64,000 nt of DNA from an uncultured Erythrobacter sp. (GCA_964439725.1 CAYTPY010000002.1:7194-71193), one strand, 5' to 3'. Positions 38,884-49,255 are shown, counted from the stretch's first letter. The notes: generated by a model not told the origin, from the letters alone. Translations and numbers: made by a program.

Positions 38884-39582
38884 TTAGCCCAGATGCTTGG
38901 CAAAGAATGCGGCGGTGCGTTCGTCCGCGAGCCGGGCTGCCGCCTCGCTGCGCCGCTTGCCCATCTCTGTAGCGAAGCCGTGATCCTCGTCCGGATAATC
39001 GTGCAAGGTGACCTTGGGATGACCGTCCAGTCCCTCGTGCATCGCCTGTTGCGCCTCGTGAGGGACAAAGCCGTCATCCTCTGCGATGTGCAGCAACACC
39101 GGATTGGCGATGGCGTTCTTCTCTCGGAGCAAATCGGGGACGCCAACCGCGTAGTATCCCACACTGGCATCGGCATCCGTTCGTGCGGCCACCATGAAGG
39201 CAAGGCGGCCTCCGAGGCAGTAACCGACCACACCAACCTTATCGACGCCGAGTTGGTCGCGCACGTGGCGGATTGTCGCTTCGATGTCGGCCACACCTTG
39301 GTCCTGGTCGAACCGTCCCATCAATTCGAGCGCCTGTTCGAACTGGGCTTCGATGTCGGGGTCGAGCTCCACGCCGGGCTGCAGCCGCCAGAACAAATCG
39401 GGCGCCAGCGCAAGATATCCGTCTGCTGCCAGCTTGTCGCACTTCTGGCGGATGCCGGCGTTCACCCCAAAAATCTCCTGAATCACCACGATGGCGGCGC
39501 GCGGGGAGCCCGTAGGACGCGCGCAGTAGCCTGCGAAGCTGCCATCGCCGTCCAGGCTGGAAATGGTGACGATCTCGCTCAT
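38884..39582 (-). CDS. Dienelactone hydrolase family protein
   Basis: VIQEIFGVN, APDLFWR, GYCLGG nucleophile, HGF. Confidence 0.95.
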   Translation of the reverse strand: MSEIVTISSLDGDGSFAGYCARPTGSPRAAIVVIQEIFGVNAGIRQKCDKLAADGYLALAPDLFWRLQPGVELDPDIEAQFEQALELMGRFDQDQGVADIEATIRHVRDQLGVDKVGVVGYCLGGRLAFMVAARTDADASVGYYAVGVPDLLREKNAIANPVLLHIAEDDGFVPHEAQQAMHEGLDGHPKVTLHDYPDEDHGFATEMGKRRSEAAARLADERTAAFFAKHLG

Positions 39583-39679
39583 ATAGGCTCCTCCAGGCGT
39601 TCACAGGCTATGGAAGCGATACGCCGTTCAACCAAGCGTGTTCCGTTGCTCGGCCGCGCATCCAAAGGCAGGTGGTGCC

Positions 39680-39937
39680 ATGAAGATCAACATCGAGATC
39701 GAATGCTCGGCTGAGGAAGCGCGCCGCTTCATGGGTCTGCCCGATGTCGAGAAGGCGAATGCCGTCTACGTCGACACGTTCGCCAAGGCGATGAAGGGTG
39801 CGACCAACACCGACCAGTTGCAGGAGTATGCCAGCCAGTTGGCTCCGATGGGACAACTTGGGCTGAAGATGTTCCAGAGCTTCGTTGAAGGTGTGCAGAA
39901 GGCTGGCGATAAGCCGAAGGGCGTCGAGCCCGAATAA
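39680..39937 (+). CDS. Small conserved protein (DUF6489-like)
   Basis: MKINIEIEC..EEARRFMGLPDV pattern, divergent from DLH. Confidence 0.75.
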   Translation: MKINIEIECSAEEARRFMGLPDVEKANAVYVDTFAKAMKGATNTDQLQEYASQLAPMGQLGLKMFQSFVEGVQKAGDKPKGVEPE

Positions 39938-39949
39938 ATCGGCCTACCA

Positions 39950-41221
39950 GTGGACACCATCTTTGCCTTGTCGAGCGGCTCCCCGCCTGCCGGAATCGCG
40001 GTCGTGCGGGTTAGCGGACCACGAGCTTCAGCGGCGTTGGAGAGCTTGGCAGGCGCTTTGCCCCCGCCGCGGCGGGCCCGCCGCGCCTGGTTGCGCGATG
40101 GCAAGGGCGGTCTGTTGGACGACGGCCTCGTGCTGTGGTTCCCCGGACCGGCGACGGTGACTGGGGAGGATTTGGTCGAGTTCCACTTGCACGGCGGCCG
40201 CGCGGTCGTCGCAGCTGTCGAAGGAGCGCTCCGTGGATTGGCCGGTCTTCGCCCTGCAGAAGCGGGGGAGTTTACCCGAAGAGCCTTCGCCAACGGCCGC
40301 ATTGACCTAGCCGAAGCCGAGGGGCTCGGAGATCTCCTTGCGGCAGAGACGGAGCTCCAGCGCCAGGCGGCGGTCGGCTTGGCCGGCGGGGCCCTGTCAC
40401 GGCGGGTCGAGGCTTGGCGTGAGCGCTTGTTGATGCTCTCGGCGCAGCTCGAAGCCACACTCGATTTCGAGGACGAGGATGACGTTGTAGGGTTATCGGC
40501 GTCCTTCCAGACCGAGCTGCAGGAACTATGGCAGCAGCTTGATGAGGCACTACAGGCCCCGTCCGTCGAGGTGCTGCGTGAGGGCTTCCGCGTTGCACTG
40601 GCTGGGCCTCCGAACGCGGGAAAGTCCACGCTATTCAACGCGTTAGTCGACAGTGAGGCGGCGATTATCGCGCCGCAGGCGGGGACGACCCGCGACGTCC
40701 TGGTGCGCCCGGTCGCGCTTGGCGGCGTGCCCTTCAGCTTTGTCGACATGGCGGGCCTGCGCGACGAGGCGGCGGATCCCGTGGAAACCATCGGCATCGA
40801 AAGAGCACATATCGAGATTGCTCGCGCAGACTTGGTGTTGTGGCTCGGACCCGAGGGCGAGGGACCCGCGGGAGCCTGGGAGATCGAAGCCCAATGCGAC
40901 CGGGCTGAGCGTCTAACCAAGCGTGAGCCGATCTTCAGGGTCTCTGCGGTGACCGGCGAGAATCTCGGTGCCCTCAAACGGGCGCTCGTAGATCATGCGC
41001 GAGGGGCGATGCCGCGGGCCGGCGAGACGGCGTTGAACAGGCGTCAGCGCGACCTGCTCATCGAAGCCGCCGCCGCGCTCCGCGACATGGAACAGCGTGA
41101 CCTCTTGCTCGCCGGAGAGAGTTTGCGGCAAGCGCGCCTCGCGTTCGATCGTCTCGTGGGGCGAACTTCGACCGAGGATGTCCTCGATGCGTTGTTCGGG
41201 CGATTCTGTATTGGCAAGTAA
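39950..41221 (+). CDS. mnmE: tRNA modification GTPase MnmE
   Basis: DTIFALSSG, TGED..E.HLHGG, GEFTRRAF.NG, GPPNAGKST, GTTRD, D.AG, FCIGK. Confidence 0.98.
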   Translation: MDTIFALSSGSPPAGIAVVRVSGPRASAALESLAGALPPPRRARRAWLRDGKGGLLDDGLVLWFPGPATVTGEDLVEFHLHGGRAVVAAVEGALRGLAGLRPAEAGEFTRRAFANGRIDLAEAEGLGDLLAAETELQRQAAVGLAGGALSRRVEAWRERLLMLSAQLEATLDFEDEDDVVGLSASFQTELQELWQQLDEALQAPSVEVLREGFRVALAGPPNAGKSTLFNALVDSEAAIIAPQAGTTRDVLVRPVALGGVPFSFVDMAGLRDEAADPVETIGIERAHIEIARADLVLWLGPEGEGPAGAWEIEAQCDRAERLTKREPIFRVSAVTGENLGALKRALVDHARGAMPRAGETALNRRQRDLLIEAAAALRDMEQRDLLLAGESLRQARLAFDRLVGRTSTEDVLDALFGRFCIGK

Positions 41222-41223
41222 TG

Positions 41224-41239
41224 TGTTCCACGTGGAACA
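41224..41239. promoter_or_regulatory. parS centromere site 1
   Basis: Perfect palindrome TGTTCCACGTGGAACA between mnmE and mnmG. Confidence 0.92.
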
Positions 41240-41289
41240 TGCTCGGCTTCGCCTTTGACCCTGTGGTAGCGGGGAACTAGGAGCGCGTG

Positions 41290-43146
41290 GTGAGCAAGTC
41301 TTATGACATCCTGGTTATCGGCGGCGGCCATGCCGGCTGCGAGGCCGCAGCAGCGGCGGCGCGTGCTGGCGCACGTACCGGTCTGGTATCTTTTGATCTG
41401 CAGACGATCGGTGCGATGAGCTGCAATCCGGCGATCGGCGGTCTGGGCAAGGGCCATCTCGTTCGTGAGGTCGACGCGTTCGACGGCCTCATCGGGCGCG
41501 CCGCCGACGAAGCGGCGATTCACTACCGCATGCTCAACCGCTCCAAGGGCAGCGCCGTGTGGGGCCCACGAGTGCAGGCGGACCGCGCATTGTTCAAAGC
41601 CGCCGTGCAACGGATGCTCGCGGATCTCGGTAATTTAGATCTGATCGCAGCTGAGGCTGCAGGGCTCCTTATCAGCAACGGGGCCGTGAGCGGGTTGGAG
41701 TTGGCCGATGGCACTCGGCTCAGTGCGTCGGCGGTAATCCTGTGCACCGGTACCTTCCTTGGCGGTACGATGTTCCGCGGCGAAGAGCGGATGACCGGCG
41801 GACGGCTTGGGGAGGCATCCGCGCAGAGGCTCGCCGTCCAACTCCGCGATACGAGGCTGCCGATGGCTCGCCTCAAGACTGGTACTCCGCCGCGCCTCGA
41901 TGGAAGAACGATCGATTGGGCCAGGCTTGAGGAGCAGCCTTCCGATGCCGATCCGTGGACGATGTCGCCAGTCACCGGATCACGGCGCAACCCCCAGATT
42001 TTCTGCGCCATAACCCGAACCAACGAGAACACGCACGACATCATTCGCGCCAACCTTCACCGCTCGCCGCTGTTCACCGGCGCCATCGGAGCGGCCGGAC
42101 CGCGCTACTGCCCGTCCATAGAGGACAAAATCCACCGCTTCGCCGGCCGCGACGGTCATCAGATCTTCCTCGAGCCAGAGGGCCTCAATACTCATCTCGT
42201 CTATCCCAACGGCGTGAGCACCTCGCTTCCGGCCGAGATTCAACGTGCTTTGCTTCGGACCATCCCCGGACTGGAGCGGGTCGAAATCCAAGTGCCTGGG
42301 TACGCGGTCGAGTATGATCACATCGATCCGCGAGCGCTCGGTCCCGATCTGCAGCTCCGGGTCCTTCCGGGGCTCTACTGCGCAGGTCAGATCAACGGGA
42401 CGACCGGATACGAAGAGGCCGCTGCCCAAGGATTGTTCGCAGGCATGCACGCCGCCGCCAAAATCCTCGGGCGTGAGCCGGCGCCGCTCGACCGTGGCAA
42501 TAGCTACATCGCGGTGATGGTCGACGATCTTGTTCTTCACGGCGTAAGCGAGCCCTACCGGATGCTGACGGCCCGGGCTGAGTACCGCCTGCGGCTACGC
42601 GCCAACAACGCCACCACGCGGTTGACTCCCCTGGCTATTGCCGCGGGCTGTGTCAGCGAGGAACGGCGTCAATGGTTTGACAAACGGTCTTCTGACCGCG
42701 AGCAGTGGGAGCAGGCTCTTGCCCGCGAGGTCTCGGCGACCGAGCTTGAACGAGCATCCCTTCCGGTCCGCCGGGACGGCGGTCGCAAGACTCTGACCGA
42801 ATGGCTGCGGTTCTCGGGATTGGCCTTGAAGGACCTCCATCCGTGGCTCGGCAAGCAGTTGGACTACGAAAGCGAGCTGGCTTCTGAAGTGTCGGAGGAT
42901 GCGGCCTATGCTCCCTATTTGGAAAGACAGGAGACGGAGCTTCGGGATCTGCGAGCAAGTGAAGCCGTGAAGCTCGGCGAAACGTTTCCCTATAATCGGG
43001 TGCCGGGCCTCTCCAACGAGATGGTCGAACGCCTCACGCAAGCCGCGCCTGCTGATCTTGCTGCAGCCGGGAGAGTGAGAGGAGTTACACCAGCGGCGAT
43101 GGCTGCCGTTCTGGTCTTCGCGCGGCGGCAGGCGCAGACCGCGTGA
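41290..43146 (+). CDS. mnmG: tRNA uridine-5-carboxymethylaminomethyl modification enzyme MnmG (GidA)
   Basis: [60 protein letters not shown]. Confidence 0.98.
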   Translation: MSKSYDILVIGGGHAGCEAAAAAARAGARTGLVSFDLQTIGAMSCNPAIGGLGKGHLVREVDAFDGLIGRAADEAAIHYRMLNRSKGSAVWGPRVQADRALFKAAVQRMLADLGNLDLIAAEAAGLLISNGAVSGLELADGTRLSASAVILCTGTFLGGTMFRGEERMTGGRLGEASAQRLAVQLRDTRLPMARLKTGTPPRLDGRTIDWARLEEQPSDADPWTMSPVTGSRRNPQIFCAITRTNENTHDIIRANLHRSPLFTGAIGAAGPRYCPSIEDKIHRFAGRDGHQIFLEPEGLNTHLVYPNGVSTSLPAEIQRALLRTIPGLERVEIQVPGYAVEYDHIDPRALGPDLQLRVLPGLYCAGQINGTTGYEEAAAQGLFAGMHAAAKILGREPAPLDRGNSYIAVMVDDLVLHGVSEPYRMLTARAEYRLRLRANNATTRLTPLAIAAGCVSEERRQWFDKRSSDREQWEQALAREVSATELERASLPVRRDGGRKTLTEWLRFSGLALKDLHPWLGKQLDYESELASEVSEDAAYAPYLERQETELRDLRASEAVKLGETFPYNRVPGLSNEMVERLTQAAPADLAAAGRVRGVTPAAMAAVLVFARRQAQTA

Positions 43147-43772
43147 TTGCGAGCGAAGGAGAAGCCCGCGCGTTTTGTGCCGCCCGCACCGACGCCGCTG
43201 GGCTAGCCCGGCTGGAGCGTTTGGCCGCTTTGCTCGGCGCCGAGAACCAGCGACAGAATCTCGTTTCACAAGCGAGCTTAGACGCGGTGTGGCAGCGTCA
43301 CTTTGCCGATAGCGTGCAACTTATCGACCACGTTCCACGTGAAACGGACGGACGCTGCCTCGATCTCGGCAGCGGAGCAGGCTTCCCAGGGCTCACTATA
43401 GCTTGCCTGCGCCCGGACTGGCCGATGGTCCTCGTTGAATCGCGCAAACGACGGGTGGAGTGGTTGGTCCGGGCAAGTGCGGAGTTGGGCCTAGCAAATT
43501 GCCTCGTCATCGGGTCACGCCTTGAAACGGTTGATAGCTTCCAAGCAGCCATCATCACCGCTCGGGCCTTTGCTCCCCTTGGAAAGCTGCTCAACTTGTC
43601 CGCCCGGTTTTCCACACGGACTACGGTCTGGCTGTTGCCGAAGGGGCGGTCCGCGGCGCAAGAACTGGCGGAGCAGCCAACTTCGGTCCAGCGCATGTTT
43701 CACGTGGAACGCTCGCAAACGGATGACGGAGGCGGCATACTGCTGGGCAGAGGGGTGCCAGACTTGCCATGA
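43143..43772 (+). CDS. rsmG: 16S rRNA m7G527 methyltransferase RsmG (GidB)
   Basis: [32 protein letters not shown]. Confidence 0.96.
   Translation: MIASEGEARAFCAARTDAAGLARLERLAALLGAENQRQNLVSQASLDAVWQRHFADSVQLIDHVPRETDGRCLDLGSGAGFPGLTIACLRPDWPMVLVESRKRRVEWLVRASAELGLANCLVIGSRLETVDSFQAAIITARAFAPLGKLLNLSARFSTRTTVWLLPKGRSAAQELAEQPTSVQRMFHVERSQTDDGGGILLGRGVPDLP
43331..43346. promoter_or_regulatory. parS site 2 (inside rsmG)
   Basis: CGTTCCACGTGAAACG. Confidence 0.8.
43696..43711. promoter_or_regulatory. parS site 3 (inside rsmG)
   Basis: TGTTTCACGTGGAACG. Confidence 0.82.
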
Positions 43773-44545
43773 TCCGTATCGCCATAGCCAATCAAAAGGG
43801 CGGGGTGGGCAAGACCACCACCGCGATCAACATCGCTACGGCCATGGCTGCGACAGGATGGAAGACCCTCCTGATCGATCTCGATCCGCAGGGCAATGCC
43901 TCCACGGGGCTCGGCATCGGCGCAACCCAGCGCGAGCTTTCCAGCTACGATCTTCTTGTTGATCAGGCGTCAGTCGACAGCTGCGCTGTGCCCAGTGGTA
44001 TTCCCGGACTCGACGTTATTCCGGCCACAGTCGACCTCAGTGGTGCCGAGGTGGAGCTGGTTGGGATGAGTGGCCGCGCCGGACGGTTGCGTGAAGCGTT
44101 GGCCGATCATCGTGATCATGACATCTGCTTCATCGATTGTCCGCCCTCGTTGGGCCTGCTCACCTTGAACGCGTTGACCGCAGCCGACACCCTGATGGTG
44201 CCGCTACAGTGCGAGTTCTTCGCACTGGAAGGGCTAAGCCAGCTTCTGCAAACCGTCGAGCAAGTGCAACAGCGCTTCAACTCGGAGCTGGGCATCATAG
44301 GCATCGTGTTGACGATGTTCGATCGTCGCAACCGGCTGACGGACCAGGTCGCGGAGGACGTGCGCGAAATACTCGGTAAGCTGGTGTTCGAGGCGGTCAT
44401 TCCCCGCAACGTCCGGCTGTCGGAAGCACCCAGCCACGGCTTGCCGGCGCTGATCTACGATCATTCGTGTGCCGGTAGCCGCGCCTACATGGCGCTGGCA
44501 CGCGAACTGATCGCCCGCCTTCCCAAAGAAAGGGTCGCCGCATGA
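43769..44545 (+). CDS. parA: Chromosome partitioning ATPase ParA/Soj
   Basis: ANQKGGVGKTTT, DLDPQGNAS, IDCPPSL, QCEFFALEG, IPRNVRLSEAPS. Confidence 0.98.
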   Translation: MIRIAIANQKGGVGKTTTAINIATAMAATGWKTLLIDLDPQGNASTGLGIGATQRELSSYDLLVDQASVDSCAVPSGIPGLDVIPATVDLSGAEVELVGMSGRAGRLREALADHRDHDICFIDCPPSLGLLTLNALTAADTLMVPLQCEFFALEGLSQLLQTVEQVQQRFNSELGIIGIVLTMFDRRNRLTDQVAEDVREILGKLVFEAVIPRNVRLSEAPSHGLPALIYDHSCAGSRAYMALARELIARLPKERVAA

Positions 44546-45492
44546 GTTCCGATGAAGCCGCAACGCACGCTCGCCCATCAGCCAAGCGTGGCCTCGGACG
44601 GGGCCTCGGTGCGCTCTTAGGCGAAGTCCGCCGCGAGGAGCCACTGGTCACGACCGGGTCCGACCATACCCACGATGCCGTGGTATCGCCGCGTCCGGCC
44701 GGGTTAGCCAATGTCGCCGTGGCCGCGATCGAACCGCATCCTGAGCAGCCACGTCGCCATTTCGACGAAGCGGCCTTGTCCGATCTGGCCGCGTCAATCT
44801 CCGAGCGAGGGCTCATCCAACCCGTCGTGGTGCGTCCCCTCGGTTCTGGCCGATACCAACTCGTCGCCGGCGAACGCCGTTGGCGCGCGGCCCAGAAAGC
44901 GCAATTACATGAAATTCCGGCATTAATTCGCCAGCTTGACGAGCGCGAAGTCACCGCTCTCGCGCTCATTGAGAATATCCAGCGTGAAGATCTCAACCCG
45001 ATCGAGGAAGCCAGAGCGTATAAACGATTGGCGAAGCTCGAGAACATGCCGCAGACGGAAATCGGCAAGCTTGTCGGCAAGTCCCGCAGCCATGTCGCGA
45101 ACTTCCTGCGCTTGCTCACCCTGCCGCCCCCGGTAATCGCGCATCTGGAGGCGGGCCGCCTCGACATGGGCCATGCGCGAGCCTTGATCGGGCACTCGCA
45201 ATGTGCCGAGCTCGCACAGCGCGCGGTCGACGAGGGACTTTCGGTGCGAGAAGTCGAGAAGTTGGTGCGACGTTCCGAGTCGCCCAAGCCCCGACGCCAG
45301 GCGCGGGAAGGGCGGGACTCGGCCGAAGATGCTGACATCGTAGCGGTGCAGAGCCATCTTGAGGATATTCTCGGGCTGCCGGTACGGATCGCAGCCGACA
45401 CCGACCCCCGATCAGGCACGGTAACGATCCGCTACCGGACGCTCGACCAGCTCGATCTGATTTGCCAGCGGTTGACGGGGGGCGCCATCTAG
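44542..45492 (+). CDS. parB: Chromosome partitioning protein ParB
   Basis: GLGRGLGALL, QPRRHF, VAGERRWRA, ENIQREDLNPIEEA, GKSRSHVAN.LRLL. Confidence 0.98.
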   Translation: MSSDEAATHARPSAKRGLGRGLGALLGEVRREEPLVTTGSDHTHDAVVSPRPAGLANVAVAAIEPHPEQPRRHFDEAALSDLAASISERGLIQPVVVRPLGSGRYQLVAGERRWRAAQKAQLHEIPALIRQLDEREVTALALIENIQREDLNPIEEARAYKRLAKLENMPQTEIGKLVGKSRSHVANFLRLLTLPPPVIAHLEAGRLDMGHARALIGHSQCAELAQRAVDEGLSVREVEKLVRRSESPKPRRQAREGRDSAEDADIVAVQSHLEDILGLPVRIAADTDPRSGTVTIRYRTLDQLDLICQRLTGGAI

Positions 45493-45575
45493 CGGGGCTA
45501 CCTAGGCAGCCTGGCTTGTCTCTTTATTCCGATCCGGAGTTGCGCGGCGCGACTCCGCGACGCCTCTCCGACGCT

Positions 45576-46325
45576 CTAGTCGGCGCGGATCCTCTTTGCG
45601 GCCCCTCGGCGCGGCTGCACCTGCCGAGCCGGCGGCTCCATTCCCGCGGCCGGCACAGCCTCGCAGTTGCACGGGCGGTCGCGGCGTTCGGTAACAATCG
45701 GGACCCTGACCCACATCACGGGCCCTTGATAGGCGAGGCCGGACTCCGAAGCGTGGCCGCTATAGCTTTGTTCGTAACGTAGTAGGTAATCTTCGCAGGC
45801 ATCGATGCGGCGATCTTCGCGATCGCGGTCGGCGGCGGCGCCGATGGTGCCCCCGATAACGACTCCCGCAATACCGCCAATTCCGGCGCCGAGCAGAGTG
45901 CCCCCGAGACGGCTACCCTCGGCGATCCGATTACCCGCTATGCCGCCGGCTATGGCACCGAGGATTCCGCCCACGGCTTCACCCTGGTGCTGACCGGCCG
46001 AATCATAGGAATGGGCGCGGCATCGCTGCAGCCAGTGTGCGCGTTGCGCCGCCGTGTAACCTAGAGGGCGGCCAGAACGCAGCGGCGGCCATTCGGAAGC
46101 GCTATGGTAAGCCTGCGGGGGGTAAGCTTGATGCTCGTTCACCACGGTGCTGCCGACCGGCTCAGGGCCGTCATCCCCGTCTTCGTCCCATACGAACACA
46201 TCATCGTAGAGTTCGGGAAGCGGCGGGGGCGGGCCCGGGTCGTAGGGGACGTTCTGCCCGGCGGCTGGAACCGACGAAAGGGCCCAAGCGGTAGCGGTAA
46301 GTATAGCGGCGCAGCGGATCGACAT
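45576..46325 (-). CDS. Exported hypothetical protein with a glycine-zipper segment
   Basis: Signal peptide, Pro/acidic N-region, GGILGAIAGGIAGNRIA...GAGIGGIAG.VIG. Confidence 0.7.
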   Translation of the reverse strand: MSIRCAAILTATAWALSSVPAAGQNVPYDPGPPPPLPELYDDVFVWDEDGDDGPEPVGSTVVNEHQAYPPQAYHSASEWPPLRSGRPLGYTAAQRAHWLQRCRAHSYDSAGQHQGEAVGGILGAIAGGIAGNRIAEGSRLGGTLLGAGIGGIAGVVIGGTIGAAADRDREDRRIDACEDYLLRYEQSYSGHASESGLAYQGPVMWVRVPIVTERRDRPCNCEAVPAAGMEPPARQVQPRRGAAKRIRAD

Positions 46326-46442
46326 CTGCGGTTTCCTCGGACCGGCGCGGAGTGACAGCCCGCGCGCTCAACTGCAAACGGCTTATACCCAGGGGCGGAG
46401 TCTTGAAGCCCGCCGTGTGTGCCCTGTCCCGAAACGGGCCGC

Positions 46443-46925
46443 TCAGATCCGTACCGCTACTCTTGCCGCCAGCGCTTCCATGCCAGCTTGATCTTCGACA
46501 TCGAACCGCGCGGGCAGCGGGCTGTCGAGGTCGATGACCGCGATGGCACGGCCGTCGCGGAGCACCGGCACCACCAGTTCGGAGCGGCTCGCTGCATCGC
46601 AGGCTATGTGGCCGGGGAACTCGTGCACGTCTTCGACAAGCTGCGTTCGTTGTTGCGCAGCAGCCGCACCGCACACGCCCTGGCCCAGCGGTATCCGAAT
46701 GCACGCCGGTTTTCCGCAGAAAGGGCCCAGAACCAGTTCCTCGCCGATCAAGCGGTAGAAGCCGGCCCAATTGAGATCCGGGACGAGCTGCCAGATCAGC
46801 GCCGCGACATTCGCCATGTTGGCGACGGCGTCCGGCTCACCGGCTGTCAGGGCGTCGGCTGCCGAGAGCAACTCGTTGTAGAGTTCGCCCTTGGGCAGCG
46901 CGGGGTCGGCGGCGAAGTCGTACAT
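46443..46925 (-). CDS. msrC: GAF-domain free methionine-(R)-sulfoxide reductase
   Basis: LNWAGFY, LGPF.GKPAC.RI..G.GVCG, FPGHIACD..SRSELVVP, DLDSP. Confidence 0.92.
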   Translation of the reverse strand: MYDFAADPALPKGELYNELLSAADALTAGEPDAVANMANVAALIWQLVPDLNWAGFYRLIGEELVLGPFCGKPACIRIPLGQGVCGAAAAQQRTQLVEDVHEFPGHIACDAASRSELVVPVLRDGRAIAVIDLDSPLPARFDVEDQAGMEALAARVAVRI

Positions 46926-46985
46926 GACGAGTGCCTAGCGGCGGAATGCGTTGCCGCAAAGCGACCGTTCGCTTATCCACCCTGC

Positions 46986-48434
46986 ATGCACATCCTGAAG
47001 AAGATCGCCATCGGCCTGGTGGTCGTCATCCTCGTCCTGGGCGTCGCCGGCTGGTGGATGCTGCGTGGCAACCCGGCCGAGTACTCGGTCGAGGATGTGA
47101 CCGGAACCGATCCCATTCTGGCTCAGCCGAACAAGGAGACCATCCCGACCGTGCAAGTGGCGGAGCCGATCGGCTGGCCGGACGGGGCTGCTCCCGACGC
47201 TGCCGAGGGCTTGGTGGTCAATCGCTTTGCCGATGGCCTGCAGCATCCGCGGGTTATCTATGCGATGCCCGGCGGCGATATTCTGGTCGCCGAGGCCAAC
47301 GCTCCGGAACGCGTCCTGGCAGGCGGCGGCATCGTCAATTTCGTGGCCGGGTTCCTGTTCCGCCGTGCCGGAGCAGCCGTGCCGTCTCCGAACCGGCTGG
47401 TGCTTCTCCGGGACGCCGACGGCGACGGTGTCGCCGAAGCCCGGCACGTACTGCGCGACGATCTCGACTCGCCGTCGGGAATCGCCTGGCACGATGGCAA
47501 CCTCTACGTCGCCAACCACAATGCCGTGCTGCGCTTTGACTACGCAGAGGGCGCAACGACGCTGACCGGCCAGCCCGAGAAGCTGATGGACCTGCCGCCG
47601 GCCGGCAACCATTGGATGCGGAACATCATCCTCAACGAGGACGGCACCCGGCTGTTCGTCGCGGTCGGCTCGGCTTCGAACATCGGCGAAGGCGGCATGG
47701 CGATCGAGGCGGGCCGCGCCGCGATCCACGAGCTCAACCTCGAAGATGGCAGCTCGCGAATCTACGGCTCTGGGCTGCGCAATCCTAACGGCTTGGCCTG
47801 GAACCCTTGGAGCGAGGAACTTTGGACCACCGTCAACGAGCGCGACATGCTTGGATCCGACTTGGTACCGGACTACCTGACCAACGTGCCGGTGGGTGTC
47901 ACTTACGGCTGGCCGTGGCTCTATTGGGGCGAAACCGTCGACTTGCGCGTCGACGCGCCGATGCCGAACTTCCTGGTCGAGTACGTCCGCACGCCCGAGT
48001 ACGCGCTGGGGCCGCATGTGGCTGCGCTCGGGCTGACATTCACGCGCGAGGGCTCACGAATGGGCGATGCGTTCGGACGGGGCGCTTTCATTGCCCGCCA
48101 TGGCTCGTGGAACCGCAAGCCGCCATCGGGGTATGACGTCGTCTTCGTTGCTTTCGACGAGCGCGGCAATCCGATCGGTAAGCCGGTGCCGGTGCTCGGC
48201 AGCTTCCTCGCCGGCGATGGGCAGACTCATGGGCGCCCGACCTGGGTGGCTTGGGACGCCACGGGTGCTCTCTTGGTCAGCGACGATACGGGCAATATCA
48301 TCTGGCGCGTCGTCGCACTCCGGGCGACCCCGGCCGGACCTCAGGTCCGTATCCAAGGTGAGCGGATGCCCCCCCGGATCGAGCTGCGCGGCGATCCGTC
48401 TCGCGCTTTCGACGAACCGCCAGCGGGCCCGTAG
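46986..48434 (+). CDS. Sorbosone dehydrogenase family (GSDH-type beta-propeller) protein
   Basis: N-terminal TM; FADGL.HPR, RD.DGDG, VGS.SN..E, GLRNPNG, VNERD.LG.D..PDY, YGWP, HGSWNR, GRP..V, LVSDD. Confidence 0.9.
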   Translation: MHILKKIAIGLVVVILVLGVAGWWMLRGNPAEYSVEDVTGTDPILAQPNKETIPTVQVAEPIGWPDGAAPDAAEGLVVNRFADGLQHPRVIYAMPGGDILVAEANAPERVLAGGGIVNFVAGFLFRRAGAAVPSPNRLVLLRDADGDGVAEARHVLRDDLDSPSGIAWHDGNLYVANHNAVLRFDYAEGATTLTGQPEKLMDLPPAGNHWMRNIILNEDGTRLFVAVGSASNIGEGGMAIEAGRAAIHELNLEDGSSRIYGSGLRNPNGLAWNPWSEELWTTVNERDMLGSDLVPDYLTNVPVGVTYGWPWLYWGETVDLRVDAPMPNFLVEYVRTPEYALGPHVAALGLTFTREGSRMGDAFGRGAFIARHGSWNRKPPSGYDVVFVAFDERGNPIGKPVPVLGSFLAGDGQTHGRPTWVAWDATGALLVSDDTGNIIWRVVALRATPAGPQVRIQGERMPPRIELRGDPSRAFDEPPAGP

Positions 48435-48452
48435 TCTTTCGAGGCTCAGCCG

Positions 48453-49229
48453 TTACCGGCGCAGCGGCTGCCCGGCGCGTCCGGCGAGCTCAACGATGAA
48501 GTGCCAAGCGATTCGCCCGGACCTCGCACCGCGCCGCTTGGCCCATTCCAGTGCTTCGGCTTCGCTCCAGGCCAAGCCGTACTCTTCGGCATAGCCGCGC
48601 ACGATCTCCAGATATTCGTCCTGAGAGCAAGCGTGGAAGCCGAGCGAAAGGCCGAAACGATCGGCCAGAGCAAGCTGGTCGTCGACCACGTCACGTGGAT
48701 TTATAGGATCGTCCTGTTCGTCCATCCGCCGCGGCACGATCGCACGGCGGTTGGAGGTCACTGCCAGCCGCACGTTAGCTGGTCGCGCTTCCACACCGCC
48801 ATCAAGCCAGGATCGCAAATGCCGCGGCCCGGTGGCGTCTCCGGGCGCAAACCCCAGGTCGTCGATGAACACGATGAACCGGCGCTCGACAGGCGCCAGG
48901 GCGGCGAACAGCGCCGAAAGCGATCCAACCGCATCGGTGGCCACTTGGACCAGTGCGACCCGGCCAGGCTCCGCCTGCTGCGCGGCTAGGACGGCCGAGC
49001 GAACGAGTGCGCTTTTGCCCATGCCGCGCGCCCCCCATAGCAGCATGTCGTGGGCCGCGTGGCCCCGCGCATGGCGCAGGACGTTCTCGGCGGCCGCGGC
49101 CTTCTGACGATCGATACCTCGGAGCAGCTCGAGTCCTGGCGCCTCCAGTTGCACGACCGGGCGCGCCGATGCGCCTTCCCAGACGTAGGCGGGGGCGGCT
49201 AGCCAATCGGTGACAGCTTGGTGTTTCAT
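48453..49229 (-). CDS. DUF815-family AAA+ ATPase
   Basis: LLWGARGMGKS, FIDDL.F, TSNRR, L.DRFGL.LGF, A.EW...RG.RSGR.AW. Confidence 0.9.
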   Translation of the reverse strand: MKHQAVTDWLAAPAYVWEGASARPVVQLEAPGLELLRGIDRQKAAAAENVLRHARGHAAHDMLLWGARGMGKSALVRSAVLAAQQAEPGRVALVQVATDAVGSLSALFAALAPVERRFIVFIDDLGFAPGDATGPRHLRSWLDGGVEARPANVRLAVTSNRRAIVPRRMDEQDDPINPRDVVDDQLALADRFGLSLGFHACSQDEYLEIVRGYAEEYGLAWSEAEALEWAKRRGARSGRIAWHFIVELAGRAGQPLRR

Positions 49230-49255
49230 CTCCGCCTCGCCTATAGCGCGCCGCG

